Source: Candidatus Eiseniibacteriota bacterium (GTDB lineage Bacteria > ARS69). From it: 42,967 nucleotides of DNA. The position numbers and the translations under genes were made by a program. The stretch is taken from contig JBQTGV010000121.1 of the NCBI GenBank assembly GCA_052390515.1, positions 1 through 42,967 on the forward strand, read 5' to 3'. How positions within the stretch are numbered: the stretch's first letter is position 1; every line of letters begins with the position of its first letter. The notes under the pieces are model-generated. The model was not told the origin of the DNA. It was given only the letters and a program-made list of their open reading frames with translations, and ran no database searches. Shown here piece after piece: positions 18,901 to 27,592 of the stretch.

Positions 18901-19404
18901 GTGGGGAGCGGCTCCGGAACGGGCTTCGCGCTGCGCTTCGTCGGCGTGGCGGCGGTCCTCTATGCGCTGACGTTGACGCCGCCGGCGCGCGCGCGCCTGT
19001 GGGACCCGCACCTCGCGGTGATGGCGAAGGCGACGGGCGCCGTGCTCGAGCGCCTGGGTCACTCGACGACGGTGGTGGGTTCGAGCGTCCTCTCCGACGC
19101 CATGTCCATGCAGGTCAAGCGCGGCTGCGACGCCATCGAGCCGTCGGAGCTGTTCTGGGCGGCGACGATCGCGTTCCCGGCGACCGCGGGGGAGCGGATC
19201 GTGGGGATCGTGCTCGGCACCCTGCTGATCCAGATCCTGAACGTCGCCCGCCTCGTTTCGCTCTGGCTGATCGGCGCGCGCTCCCCCGACCTCTTCGATC
19301 TCTTCCACGTCGAGATCGGCCAGGTCGTGTTCGTGATCATCGTGCTCGGCGTCTGGCTGCTCTGGCTGGAGTGGGTCGAGCGGAGGGCGGCGAGCCGAAC
19401 GTGA
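18901..19404 (+). CDS. xrtH: Exosortase H-like (IPTL-CTERM-associated) membrane transpeptidase; start approximate
   Basis: Cys-Arg-His triad pattern: VKRGCDAIE, AFPA, LNVARLVSL, FDLFHVEIGQ; immediately follows the IPTL-CTERM gene. Confidence 0.8.
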   Translation: MGSGSGTGFALRFVGVAAVLYALTLTPPARARLWDPHLAVMAKATGAVLERLGHSTTVVGSSVLSDAMSMQVKRGCDAIEPSELFWAATIAFPATAGERIVGIVLGTLLIQILNVARLVSLWLIGARSPDLFDLFHVEIGQVVFVIIVLGVWLLWLEWVERRAASRT

Positions 19405-19951
19405 CCGCCGCCCAGATCCCGCAGGTCACGGCCAGCATCGGGTAGAAGTGTCCGCGAACGGCCGCGGCCACCGTGGCGAGCGCGGGACGCAGGCTCCCCG
19501 GAACGGCGAAGGGACGGAACTGCGGCTCATCGGCAAGCTGGTCCAGCAGCGCCAGCGCGGTGATCGCCAACGCCGCGATGTGGACGAGCACGATGCCGGC
19601 GGCGAGGCCCACGAGGCGGCGCCGCGCCGGCATCCGCGTGCCGGCCACGAGCGACACGAGCAGCGCGGACGGAAGGTAGGTGCCCGACAGGCTTCCCGAC
19701 TCGCCCACCGCCTCGACGTCCGGCGCCCGCTCGGACGTGATCACCAGCTCGGTGTCGACATACTTCGTCGGGTGCGGGTGCGGCGCGAAGCGCACGCGGA
19801 CGCCGGGACCGAACCGCCCGAGCACGGCCTCGGATGCGAAGCGGTAGCCGTCGCCCCACGTTGCCGCGATCGGCGTCCACAGGAGCAGGCATCCCGCGTA
19901 CAGCGGGAGCGCCACGATCAGGAAGCGGCCGATCCGTCCGAAGGGACTCAC
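19337..19951 (-). CDS. Multi-pass membrane protein resembling exosortase-associated membrane proteins
   Basis: GTG start overlaps the kinase stop (GTGA); RFLIVALPLYAGCLLLW, YLPSALLVSLVAGT, RRLVGLAAGIVLVH, FYPMLAVTCGIW; 3' end overlaps xrtH by 68 nt. Confidence 0.6.
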   Translation of the reverse strand: MSPFGRIGRFLIVALPLYAGCLLLWTPIAATWGDGYRFASEAVLGRFGPGVRVRFAPHPHPTKYVDTELVITSERAPDVEAVGESGSLSGTYLPSALLVSLVAGTRMPARRRLVGLAAGIVLVHIAALAITALALLDQLADEPQFRPFAVPGSLRPALATVAAAVRGHFYPMLAVTCGIWAAVTFGSPPSARPTPARAARRRAR

Positions 19952-22221
19952 TCCGCCAGTTGGCCGCGCCACGATGCCGCGCGCGCCGGATCGCCCCGGG
20001 ACTCGTACAGCTTGATCAGGAAGCTCACCGCTCGAACCGTTCGCTCCTGCGTCGGCCCGTACGCCTCGACCAGCAGCGGATGCGCTTCGAGCAGGGCACG
20101 CTCCGCAGCATCGTGCCGGCCGAGTCCTCGTAGGCATTCGCCCTGCCATGCGAGAGCGTTGCCCAGCTGGCCCTTGTAGTCGGGAAGCGTGGCCCGAGTC
20201 ACCGTGACCACGTCTTCTATCATCGGCTCCGCCTCGGCGAAGCGCCCCTGCTCGATCCACAGCGCGGCCAGGTTGCTCTTGCTGGTGAGCACGTTCGGGT
20301 GCGTCTCGCCGAGCTTGCGCCTCCGCACCTCGAGGACTCGCACGTAGAGCGACTCCGCCGCGGCCACGTCGCCCTGCTTCTTCTGCGCGACCGCGAGATT
20401 GCTCATGCGCAGCAGCACGTCGGGATGCTCGGGGCCGAGCGTACGGGAGTCGACGGCCAGCACGCGCTGCAGCATCTTCACCGCCTCCTCGTAGCGGCGT
20501 TGATCCACGTACATCGTCGCCAGGTTGTTCATCGCCTTGCGGATCTCCGGGTGCTCTTCACCCAGGAGCGGAAGGCCCTCGTCGAGCACCACCTTGGCCA
20601 GCGACTCCGCGGCCGCGACCTTCCCCTGACCGAGGTAGGCACCGCTCAAGGTGGTCATGGCCGGCACGACCTGCTCCGCGTTGTCGCCGTTGATGTCGGG
20701 CGAGGAGGCCAGGGCCTCGGCCAGGATCGCCTCGGCTTTGTCGAAGCGCCCCTGCGCGCGATACAGTTCGCCGAGCGTCGCCATGGCGTCGAGCAGGCCC
20801 GGATCGCCGGCGGAGAGCCGGGCGGCGCGCGCGGCGAGCGCCTCCTCCACCAGGGACTCCGCGGGCGCATACTCGCCGAGCCTGCGGTACGTGTTGCCGA
20901 TGGTGAGGCGGAGCCGCGCCTGGATCAGCGGCTGATCCTGGAAGCCGTCCCCGATGGTCTTCGCCGCCCCGTCGAGGACCTCGCGGACGGTCACGTCGCG
21001 ACCCAGCTCCCCGGGGCTCACCGACGTCAGCATGTTCTCCAGGAATCCCGTGACCGCGTCGGACTCGTCCCGCGCGGCCTGAACGCGAGCGCGCTGCCTG
21101 TTGGACTCGATCAGCGCCGCGGTAACGGTGACCAGCACCGCCGCCACCACGCCGAGCACGAGCTTGTTGCGTTTGGCGAACTTCCGGAATCGATACGCGG
21201 CGCTGGGCGGCCCGGCGATGACCGGCTCGTCCTTGAGGTAGCGCCGGATGTCCATGGCGAAGCCGTTGGCCGTCTCGTAGCGGCGCGTACGGTCCTTCTC
21301 CATGGCCTTGAGCACGATCCAATCGAGCTCGCCCTTGAGCCGGCGCGTCAGCGTGCGGATGTCGCCTTCGGGACGGCTCGCCGCCTCCTTCGCCACGGCG
21401 CTCCTCGTGCCGGCCATGGCGCTCGGCCGCGCCGGCTCCTCCTCGCGGAGGACGCGGCGGAGCTCGACGTATCCCATCTTCGCCAGCGCCTCCGGGTCGA
21501 ACGGCAGTATGCCGGTGAGCAGCTCGTAGAGCACCACCCCGAGCGAATACACGTCGGCGCGCGTGTCGATATCGAGCGCGCCCATCTCCGCCTGCTCGGG
21601 GCTCATGTACGCCGGCGTGCCGATGAGCTGGCCCATCTGCGTGTACACGGTGCGCTCGGAGAGGCTCCCCGTCGTCGCCTTGGCGATGCCGAAGTCGATG
21701 ACCTTCGCCCGGGGAGTCCCGTCGGCGAGCGTCACCAGGATGTTCGAGGGCTTCAGGTCCCGGTGGATGATGCCTTTCTGGTGCGCGTGCTGCACGGCCT
21801 GGCACACGGTGATGAAGAGCTCCAGGCGTGCCCGGATGGAGAGCGAATGCTTCTCGCAGTACTCGGTGATGGGCACTCCCTGCACGAGGTCCATGACGAA
21901 GAACGGGCGCCCGCGGTCCGTCTCGCCGGCGTCGAGCACCTTGGCGATGCTGGGGTGATCCATCATGGCGAGCGCCTGCCGCTCGGCCTCGAAGCGGGCC
22001 AGCACCGCCTTCGTGTCCATGCCGGCCTTCAGTACCTTGAGCGCCACGCGCCGCTTGACCGGCTCGGTCTGCTGGGCGGCGTAGATCTCGCCGAAGCCGC
22101 CCTCGCCGATCTTCTCGAGGATCCGGTACGGGCCGATCTGCTGTGGTGAACCGGAGCCGGCGGCGGGTCCGACCTCGATGGAGGCGGAGCGAAGGTCGCC
22201 GGGGTCGTCGCGCTCGTTCAT
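19948..22221 (-). CDS. Hanks-type Ser/Thr kinase with TM helix and extracytoplasmic TPR array
   Basis: GEGGFG, VALK, HRDLKPSN, DFG, GTPAYMSPE; TM LVLGVVAAVLVTVTAALI; LGEEHP/LGPEHP/LGETHP TPR repeats. Confidence 0.93.
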   Translation of the reverse strand: MNERDDPGDLRSASIEVGPAAGSGSPQQIGPYRILEKIGEGGFGEIYAAQQTEPVKRRVALKVLKAGMDTKAVLARFEAERQALAMMDHPSIAKVLDAGETDRGRPFFVMDLVQGVPITEYCEKHSLSIRARLELFITVCQAVQHAHQKGIIHRDLKPSNILVTLADGTPRAKVIDFGIAKATTGSLSERTVYTQMGQLIGTPAYMSPEQAEMGALDIDTRADVYSLGVVLYELLTGILPFDPEALAKMGYVELRRVLREEEPARPSAMAGTRSAVAKEAASRPEGDIRTLTRRLKGELDWIVLKAMEKDRTRRYETANGFAMDIRRYLKDEPVIAGPPSAAYRFRKFAKRNKLVLGVVAAVLVTVTAALIESNRQRARVQAARDESDAVTGFLENMLTSVSPGELGRDVTVREVLDGAAKTIGDGFQDQPLIQARLRLTIGNTYRRLGEYAPAESLVEEALAARAARLSAGDPGLLDAMATLGELYRAQGRFDKAEAILAEALASSPDINGDNAEQVVPAMTTLSGAYLGQGKVAAAESLAKVVLDEGLPLLGEEHPEIRKAMNNLATMYVDQRRYEEAVKMLQRVLAVDSRTLGPEHPDVLLRMSNLAVAQKKQGDVAAAESLYVRVLEVRRRKLGETHPNVLTSKSNLAALWIEQGRFAEAEPMIEDVVTVTRATLPDYKGQLGNALAWQGECLRGLGRHDAAERALLEAHPLLVEAYGPTQERTVRAVSFLIKLYESRGDPARAASWRGQLAE

Positions 22222-22296
22222 GCAGGCGAGAGTAGCGAGGGGCTGCCTTCGTGCGCCAGCGTTTCTCGAAGCGTGCTCCTGGGTTAGAATCCGGCG

Positions 22297-22671
22297 ATGA
22301 ACAGCGAACGCGACGCCGCGGCACGGGCGAAGGACCGACTCCACTGGCCGGTGCGAGTCCATCGCCTGGGCGAGGAGCCTTCGGAGAGCCTGCTCGAGAG
22401 CACGACAGCCGAGGAACGGCTCGCGATGATGTGGCCCCTCGCCATGGAAGCGTGGAGCCTCGCCGGCCGCCTCGAACCGGCCTTGCCTCGCTCGAAGCTG
22501 CCCGTGCTCACCGCCGTCGAGTTCGAGGACGCCTGGACGAAGCGTGCGGTGCACCGCGTCGGGCAGATGGTTGTGCAGTTTCTGGGCCGCGAGTCCCTGA
22601 TTCAGAGCAAGCGCGCCGTGGATCGGTCCAAGGATCGAGTGGACCTGGATCTCCTGGAGGGCCGCGCGTAG
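22297..22671 (+). pseudogene. Probable in-frame deletion fusion of a small partner protein and the C-terminus of a nucleotidyltransferase
   Basis: N-half WPVRVHRLGEEP...TTAEERLAMMWPL...AW; C-half VEFEDAW...VQFLGRESLIQSKRAVDRSKDRVDLDLL resembles an NTase tail, but no catalytic G...DxD region is present. Confidence 0.55.
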
Positions 22672-22697
22672 CCGACCCGAGCAAGGAAGGAGTCGGT

Positions 22698-25547
22698 GTG
22701 AACGAGGAGCGCTGGCGGCGCCTGCGCGAGCTGTTCGCCCGGGTCCAGGAGATGCCCGAGGCGGAGCGGGCCGCGTTCGTGGACCGCGAGGCGGCCGGTG
22801 ACGCGGAGATCCGCGAGAGGCTCGAAGTACTGCTCGCCGCGGGGGCGGGCGCAGGTCCTTTCCTCTCCTCTCGCCGCGCGGACGAGCTCGGGTCCACCGT
22901 CGGCCCGTACCGGCTGCTCGAGAAGCTCGGCGAAGGCGGCTTCGGCGTCGTCTATCTCGCCGAGCAGCTTCGCCCGATCCAGAGGCGCGTGGCCCTCAAG
23001 CTGATCAAGCCGGGCATGGACACGCGGCAGGTCATCGCGCGCTTCGAGGCGGAGCGGCAGGCTCTCGCACGCATGGATCACCCGGGCATCGCCCAGGTCT
23101 TCGAGGCGGGGGAGACGGACCGGGGACATCCGTACTTCGTGATGGAGTACGTGCCGGGAGTTCCGATCACCGCGTTCTGCGACGGAGAGCGGCTGCGGAT
23201 CCGGCGGAGGCTCGAGCTGTTCCTCTCCGTGTGCGACGCCGTGCAGCACGCGCATCAGCGCGGCGTGATCCACCGCGATCTCAAGCCGTCCAACGTGCTC
23301 GTCGCGCGCCGGGACGGAACGGCCGGCGCGAAGGTCATCGACTTCGGCATCCTCAAGGCGACGACCGGTGCGGAGGACGAGGCCACCGCCATGACCCAGC
23401 AGGGACTGATCCTCGGGACCCTCGGTTACATGAGCCCGGAGCAGATCGGCGCCGTCGAGGCTGTCGTCGACGTCCGTTCGGACATCTACTCGCTGGGCGT
23501 GCTCCTGTACGAGATGCTCGCCGGGGTGCTGCCGTTCGACCGGGCGCGCCTGCGCCGCGCGTCCCGGACCGAGGCGGCTCGCGTGATTCGCGAGGAGGAT
23601 CCTCCGCTCCTGAGCGCGCGGGTCGCAGCAACGGAGTCGGCGGAGCAGGTCGCCGGGGCGCGTGCCGTCGATCGCCGCACGTTGCTCCGCGAGCTACGCG
23701 GCGAGCTCGAATGGATCACGCAGCGCGCGCTGGAGCGGGATCCGGAGCGGCGCTACGCGTCCGCTTCCGAGCTGGCCGCCGACGTGCGCCGCCACCAGGC
23801 GAACGAGCCCGTGGCGGCGGGTCCCCCGAGCACGTTCTACGTCGTGCGGAAGTTCGCCCGGAGGCACCGCGCCGGCGTCCTGGCCGCCGCGCTCGTCCTC
23901 GGGGCGATCGTGGCCGGAGGGATCTCGACCGGCATCGCCCTGAGCCGCGCGGTTCGCGCGGAGCGCACGGCGCACCGCGAGGCGGAGTCGGCTCGTCGTG
24001 TGGCCGATTTCCTGGCCGAGCTGTTCCGCACGGCGAGCCCCAGCCGCTCCCGGGGTGAGACGGTCACCGCCCGCACGCTGCTGGACCAGGGTTCCCGCCG
24101 AATCCGTGCGTCGCTGCACGAGGATCCACACGTGCGCGCGCGTCTGCTCGGCGCGCTCGGGCAGGCGCATCTGAGCCTCGGGCTGGTCGACGAGGGGCTG
24201 GCTCTCTCGCGCGAGGCGCTCGCCACGAGCGAGTCCGCGCAGCCGCCGGAGCGGATGGAGACGGCCGAGCGGCTCATCGACCTCGCCGCCGGGCTGCGCC
24301 TGGCCGGACAGCCGGCGGAGATCGAAGCCCTGCTCGAGCGGGCCGTCCTGGCGGCGCGGACGTCCGGAGGGGAGGCTTCGCCCCTGCTCGCCCGCTGCCT
24401 CTGGGTGAAGGGAGCGTGGCTCGTGGACCGCGGCGACGAGGCAGCGGCGGACTCGCTCGTCACCGAGGGAATCCGGCTGTGCGAAGGGAGCACCGACCCG
24501 GACGTGAACGTGTTCCTCCGGCTCCACCGGCTGAAGGCGACGATCGCGTTCCGCCGCTACGACCTCGAGACCGCGGAGCGCCATTACCTGCGCGCGCTCG
24601 AGCTCTCCGGGACGGAGGGCGCGGATCCGCCGGACGCGATCCACCGGCATCTCGCCTCGCTGTACAGTGCCCTGGAGGATCGCGCCAAGGCGGTGCACCA
24701 TGCGGAGGAGGCGGTGCGCCTCGCGCGGCAGGTCTATCCGCCGGAGCACCCCTTCCTGGCCGACGCCCTGAGCGCCCACGCCGATGCGCTGGCGAGCCGG
24801 GGGGAGCACGAGCAGGCGGCGGCGGCGCGCGAGGAAGCGATCGCGATCCTGCGGGCGGCCGGCCCGCAGCAGATGCTCGCCGCGGAGCTGAGCCGGGCGG
24901 CCGTCACCTACCTCCAGTCCGGCGATCCCGAGCGGGCGATGCGGCGCAGCGAGGAGGCCTGGGCCGCGTACCACGAACTCTACGGCGCGGAGAACGTCCG
25001 CACGGCGCAGGAGGCGACGAACCTGGCGCGCTGGTACGCGGACGGGGGGCAGAAGCAGCGCGCGGACTCGACGTTCCGAGCCGCCTTGCCCGTGCTCGAC
25101 CGGCTCGACCCGCAGGGGTTCTTCACCGCGTACGCGTACATGGGCCACGCCAACGTCGCCCGTGACCTGGGACAGCACGCGCGTGCCGATGATCTCTACC
25201 GGCACGCGGAGGCGAACCTGGATTCGGCGGACGTCGGCGTGCGGCCCTACTTCGCCGAGTGCCGCGTCGACTGCGCCTACCTGCGCTCGCTGCAGGGCCG
25301 GCACGCCGAGGCGGACTCTTTACTTCGGGAAGCCGTCGGGCTCCTGTCGGAGGACGGGCTGGACGGCGACTGCTGGGCCTTTGTCACCTGGGCCGCGGCG
25401 CGCGCGCAAGCCGGGGACGACGACGGGGCGGTCGAGAAGCTCCGCGAGGCGGCACGGTGCGGCGCCACGCCGGGAGACGTCGGCAAGTACCCGGAGCTCG
25501 CGCGGCTCCGCTCGGTCGCGGGCTATCCCTTCGACAGCTCGTCGTAG
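22698..25547 (+). CDS. Hanks-type Ser/Thr kinase with TM helix and long TPR array (ECF-associated type)
   Basis: AAGGAG RBS; ERWRRLRELF N-terminal extension; GEGGFG, VALK, HRDLKPSN, DFG, GTLGYMSPE; TM AGVLAAALVLGAIVAGGI; TPR-like helices. Confidence 0.93.
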   Translation: MNEERWRRLRELFARVQEMPEAERAAFVDREAAGDAEIRERLEVLLAAGAGAGPFLSSRRADELGSTVGPYRLLEKLGEGGFGVVYLAEQLRPIQRRVALKLIKPGMDTRQVIARFEAERQALARMDHPGIAQVFEAGETDRGHPYFVMEYVPGVPITAFCDGERLRIRRRLELFLSVCDAVQHAHQRGVIHRDLKPSNVLVARRDGTAGAKVIDFGILKATTGAEDEATAMTQQGLILGTLGYMSPEQIGAVEAVVDVRSDIYSLGVLLYEMLAGVLPFDRARLRRASRTEAARVIREEDPPLLSARVAATESAEQVAGARAVDRRTLLRELRGELEWITQRALERDPERRYASASELAADVRRHQANEPVAAGPPSTFYVVRKFARRHRAGVLAAALVLGAIVAGGISTGIALSRAVRAERTAHREAESARRVADFLAELFRTASPSRSRGETVTARTLLDQGSRRIRASLHEDPHVRARLLGALGQAHLSLGLVDEGLALSREALATSESAQPPERMETAERLIDLAAGLRLAGQPAEIEALLERAVLAARTSGGEASPLLARCLWVKGAWLVDRGDEAAADSLVTEGIRLCEGSTDPDVNVFLRLHRLKATIAFRRYDLETAERHYLRALELSGTEGADPPDAIHRHLASLYSALEDRAKAVHHAEEAVRLARQVYPPEHPFLADALSAHADALASRGEHEQAAAAREEAIAILRAAGPQQMLAAELSRAAVTYLQSGDPERAMRRSEEAWAAYHELYGAENVRTAQEATNLARWYADGGQKQRADSTFRAALPVLDRLDPQGFFTAYAYMGHANVARDLGQHARADDLYRHAEANLDSADVGVRPYFAECRVDCAYLRSLQGRHAEADSLLREAVGLLSEDGLDGDCWAFVTWAAARAQAGDDDGAVEKLREAARCGATPGDVGKYPELARLRSVAGYPFDSSS

Positions 25548-26098
25548 AGCCAGGCGCGGGCGAAGGCCCAGTCGCGGAGGATGGTGCGCTCGGAGGTCTC
25601 CAGCGTCTCCGCGACCTCCTCCACGCTCAGGCCTCCGTAGAAGCGCAGCCGCACGACCTGTGCGGCGCGGGCGTCCTGGCGGCCCAGCGTCTCGATCGCG
25701 TCGTCCAGCGCGAGGATCGTCTCCGGATCCCCGGTGTCGGCGAGGACCGCGGCATCCTCGAGCTCCAGCGTGACCTTCGCCGCGGGCTTTCCTTCCGAGT
25801 CTCCGCCCCGCTTGATCCGACCCCGTGCGCGTGCGTGCTCGACCAGGATCCGCCGCATGGCCAGCGCCGCGGCGGCGAAGAACTGCCCGCGGCTCCGCCA
25901 CTGGCCTCCGTCGTCGGGGCGCATGCGCAGGAATGCCTCGTGCACCAGCTCGGTGGACTGCAGCGTGTGACCGGTTCGCTCGTCCAGCATGCGGGCGTGC
26001 GCGATCGCCTTCAGCTCGTCGTAGACCTGGGCGAAGAAGGCGTCCGAGGCCGCGCGTCCCGCTGCCTCGCCGCCCGCCCCTGACTGGTCCTCGCTCAT
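25523..26098 (-). CDS. ECF sigma factor, kinase-associated ECF43-like type
   Basis: VYDELKAIAH...HTLQSTELVHEAFLRM, FFAAAALAMRRILVEHAR...KRGG, VVRLRFYGGLSVEEVAE..ETSERTILRDWAFARAWL. Confidence 0.92.
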   Translation of the reverse strand: MSEDQSGAGGEAAGRAASDAFFAQVYDELKAIAHARMLDERTGHTLQSTELVHEAFLRMRPDDGGQWRSRGQFFAAAALAMRRILVEHARARGRIKRGGDSEGKPAAKVTLELEDAAVLADTGDPETILALDDAIETLGRQDARAAQVVRLRFYGGLSVEEVAETLETSERTILRDWAFARAWLYDELSKG

Positions 26099-26262
26099 GG
26101 CCCGGATGGTAGCCGCCCCGGACGGCGGCCTCAACCGGCCCAGCGCGGCCGATCCAGTGTCACCCTGGAGCCGGCTTCGTCGCCCGTAGCGGCAGCCGGC
26201 CGGGACCCGAGAGGCCGGAGGCGGGCCCGGCCCCGCACCCTCGAACCGAAGGAGAAGGAGTC

Positions 26263-26475
26263 ATGGCGAAGCTCGTCGCGCGAGTCCTGGGAATGGCCGC
26301 CGCCCTGGGGGCGCTGCTGCCCTCCGCCAGCGAGGCGGGAAAGTCCCTGAATCACAACCAGATCCTGCTTCGCGCGGGGGTCTTCGCGCTCGCCGCGGCT
26401 CTCGGAGCATTCCTGCCCGGAGCGAGCGAGGCCGGCCGGTCGCTCAACCACAGCCAGACCATCCTCCGCAGCTAG
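26263..26475 (+). CDS. 70-aa putative secreted peptide precursor with two tandem signal-peptide/core units
   Basis: AAGGAG RBS; residues 12-37 and 44-69 are 20/26 identical; each unit is a hydrophobic stretch + ASEA + G[KR]SLNH[NS]Q..LR. Confidence 0.8.
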   Translation: MAKLVARVLGMAAALGALLPSASEAGKSLNHNQILLRAGVFALAAALGAFLPGASEAGRSLNHSQTILRS

Positions 26476-26557
26476 CGGAGCGGCCACCGAGGACCGACAC
26501 GGCGAGCCGAGCGCGGCGAATCCGGTCGGGCCGGCGCGAGCCGGGGAGGCAGCGATC

Positions 26558-27592
26558 ATGAGATCTCTCACCGATATCGCCTGGGGGACGGCATTGTTGT
26601 GGATCGCGGCCGCCCCCGCCGCGGCGGCTCCTCTGGGCAAGGAGTTCACCTACCAGGGCCGGCTCGAGCAGAGCGGCACCCCGATGAACGGCACGGCCCA
26701 TCTTCGCTTCGGTCTGTGGGACGCGGCGACCGGCGGTGCCCAGATCGGGACCACGCAGATGCTGAGCAACGTCCCGGTCGTGGATGGTCGCTTCACCGTC
26801 CAGCTCGACGGCGCGGGGCAGTTCGGCTCCACCGCCTGGAGCGGCGATGCGCGCTGGCTGCAGATCGAGGTCTGCAACGATCCGGCGTGCGCCACGTCCA
26901 CGATTCTCTCGCCGCGGCAGTCGGTCACCGCCGCCCCCTACGCGCGGCACGCCGCAGGACCTTGGGTGACGAACGGGACGACCCTGTCGTACGGCGGCGG
27001 GAACGTCGGGATCGGCACGACGACGCCCAACACAATGCTGTCGCTGGGCAGTGCGAATGCAAACAGCAAGCTCCTGGTTTGGGACGGCGGTCCGGGCACC
27101 GGACTGGGATTCGGTGTAGGTCCGGCTCAGTTCCGGATCCACCTCGACTTGCCGACGAATCGCTTCTCGTTCCTGAACGCTCCTTCCGGCAGTGAGATCT
27201 TCACCATCACGGGGGCCGGCAACGTGGGCGCCGGCACGAGCGCTCCCGCGGCGAAGCTCGACGTCCGCGGCGACGTGAAGCTGGGGCCCTCGGGGCAATA
27301 CTTCGCCCCGTCCGGCCAGGAGAACCTGCGCATCCTGCGCGGCAGCATCAACACTAACGGCGGCGTCGTCGCGGGATCGGGATTCACCGTGGGACACGTG
27401 GGTGTCGGTTGGTACACCGTCTACTTCAGCCCTGCCTTCGCGAGCGCGCCGACCGTTACCGTCAGCGGCGGGGGCTTGACGGTCGCGCACCTGGGGACCG
27501 CTCCCACGACGACGAAGGTCGATGTGTACGTGACCTTCCAGGGGAACTACACGGACTGGCCCTTCTACTTCACCGCCATCGGGCCGCGCTGA
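26558..27592 (+). CDS. Secreted fibre-like protein (FTYQGRL N-domain, GNVGIGT repeats, variable C-terminal beta domain)
   Basis: GGAGG RBS; signal peptide; FTYQGRL...LSPRQ.VTAAPYA; GNVGIGTTTP and GNVGAGTSAPAAKLDVRG repeats. Confidence 0.8.
   Translation: MRSLTDIAWGTALLWIAAAPAAAAPLGKEFTYQGRLEQSGTPMNGTAHLRFGLWDAATGGAQIGTTQMLSNVPVVDGRFTVQLDGAGQFGSTAWSGDARWLQIEVCNDPACATSTILSPRQSVTAAPYARHAAGPWVTNGTTLSYGGGNVGIGTTTPNTMLSLGSANANSKLLVWDGGPGTGLGFGVGPAQFRIHLDLPTNRFSFLNAPSGSEIFTITGAGNVGAGTSAPAAKLDVRGDVKLGPSGQYFAPSGQENLRILRGSINTNGGVVAGSGFTVGHVGVGWYTVYFSPAFASAPTVTVSGGGLTVAHLGTAPTTTKVDVYVTFQGNYTDWPFYFTAIGPR

Noticed and set aside
26263-26475. RiPP precursor or DNA-level tandem repeat
   Set aside because: No modifying enzyme or peptidase-transporter nearby; codons are diverged while the peptide is conserved; Sec-type hydrophobic leaders fit better
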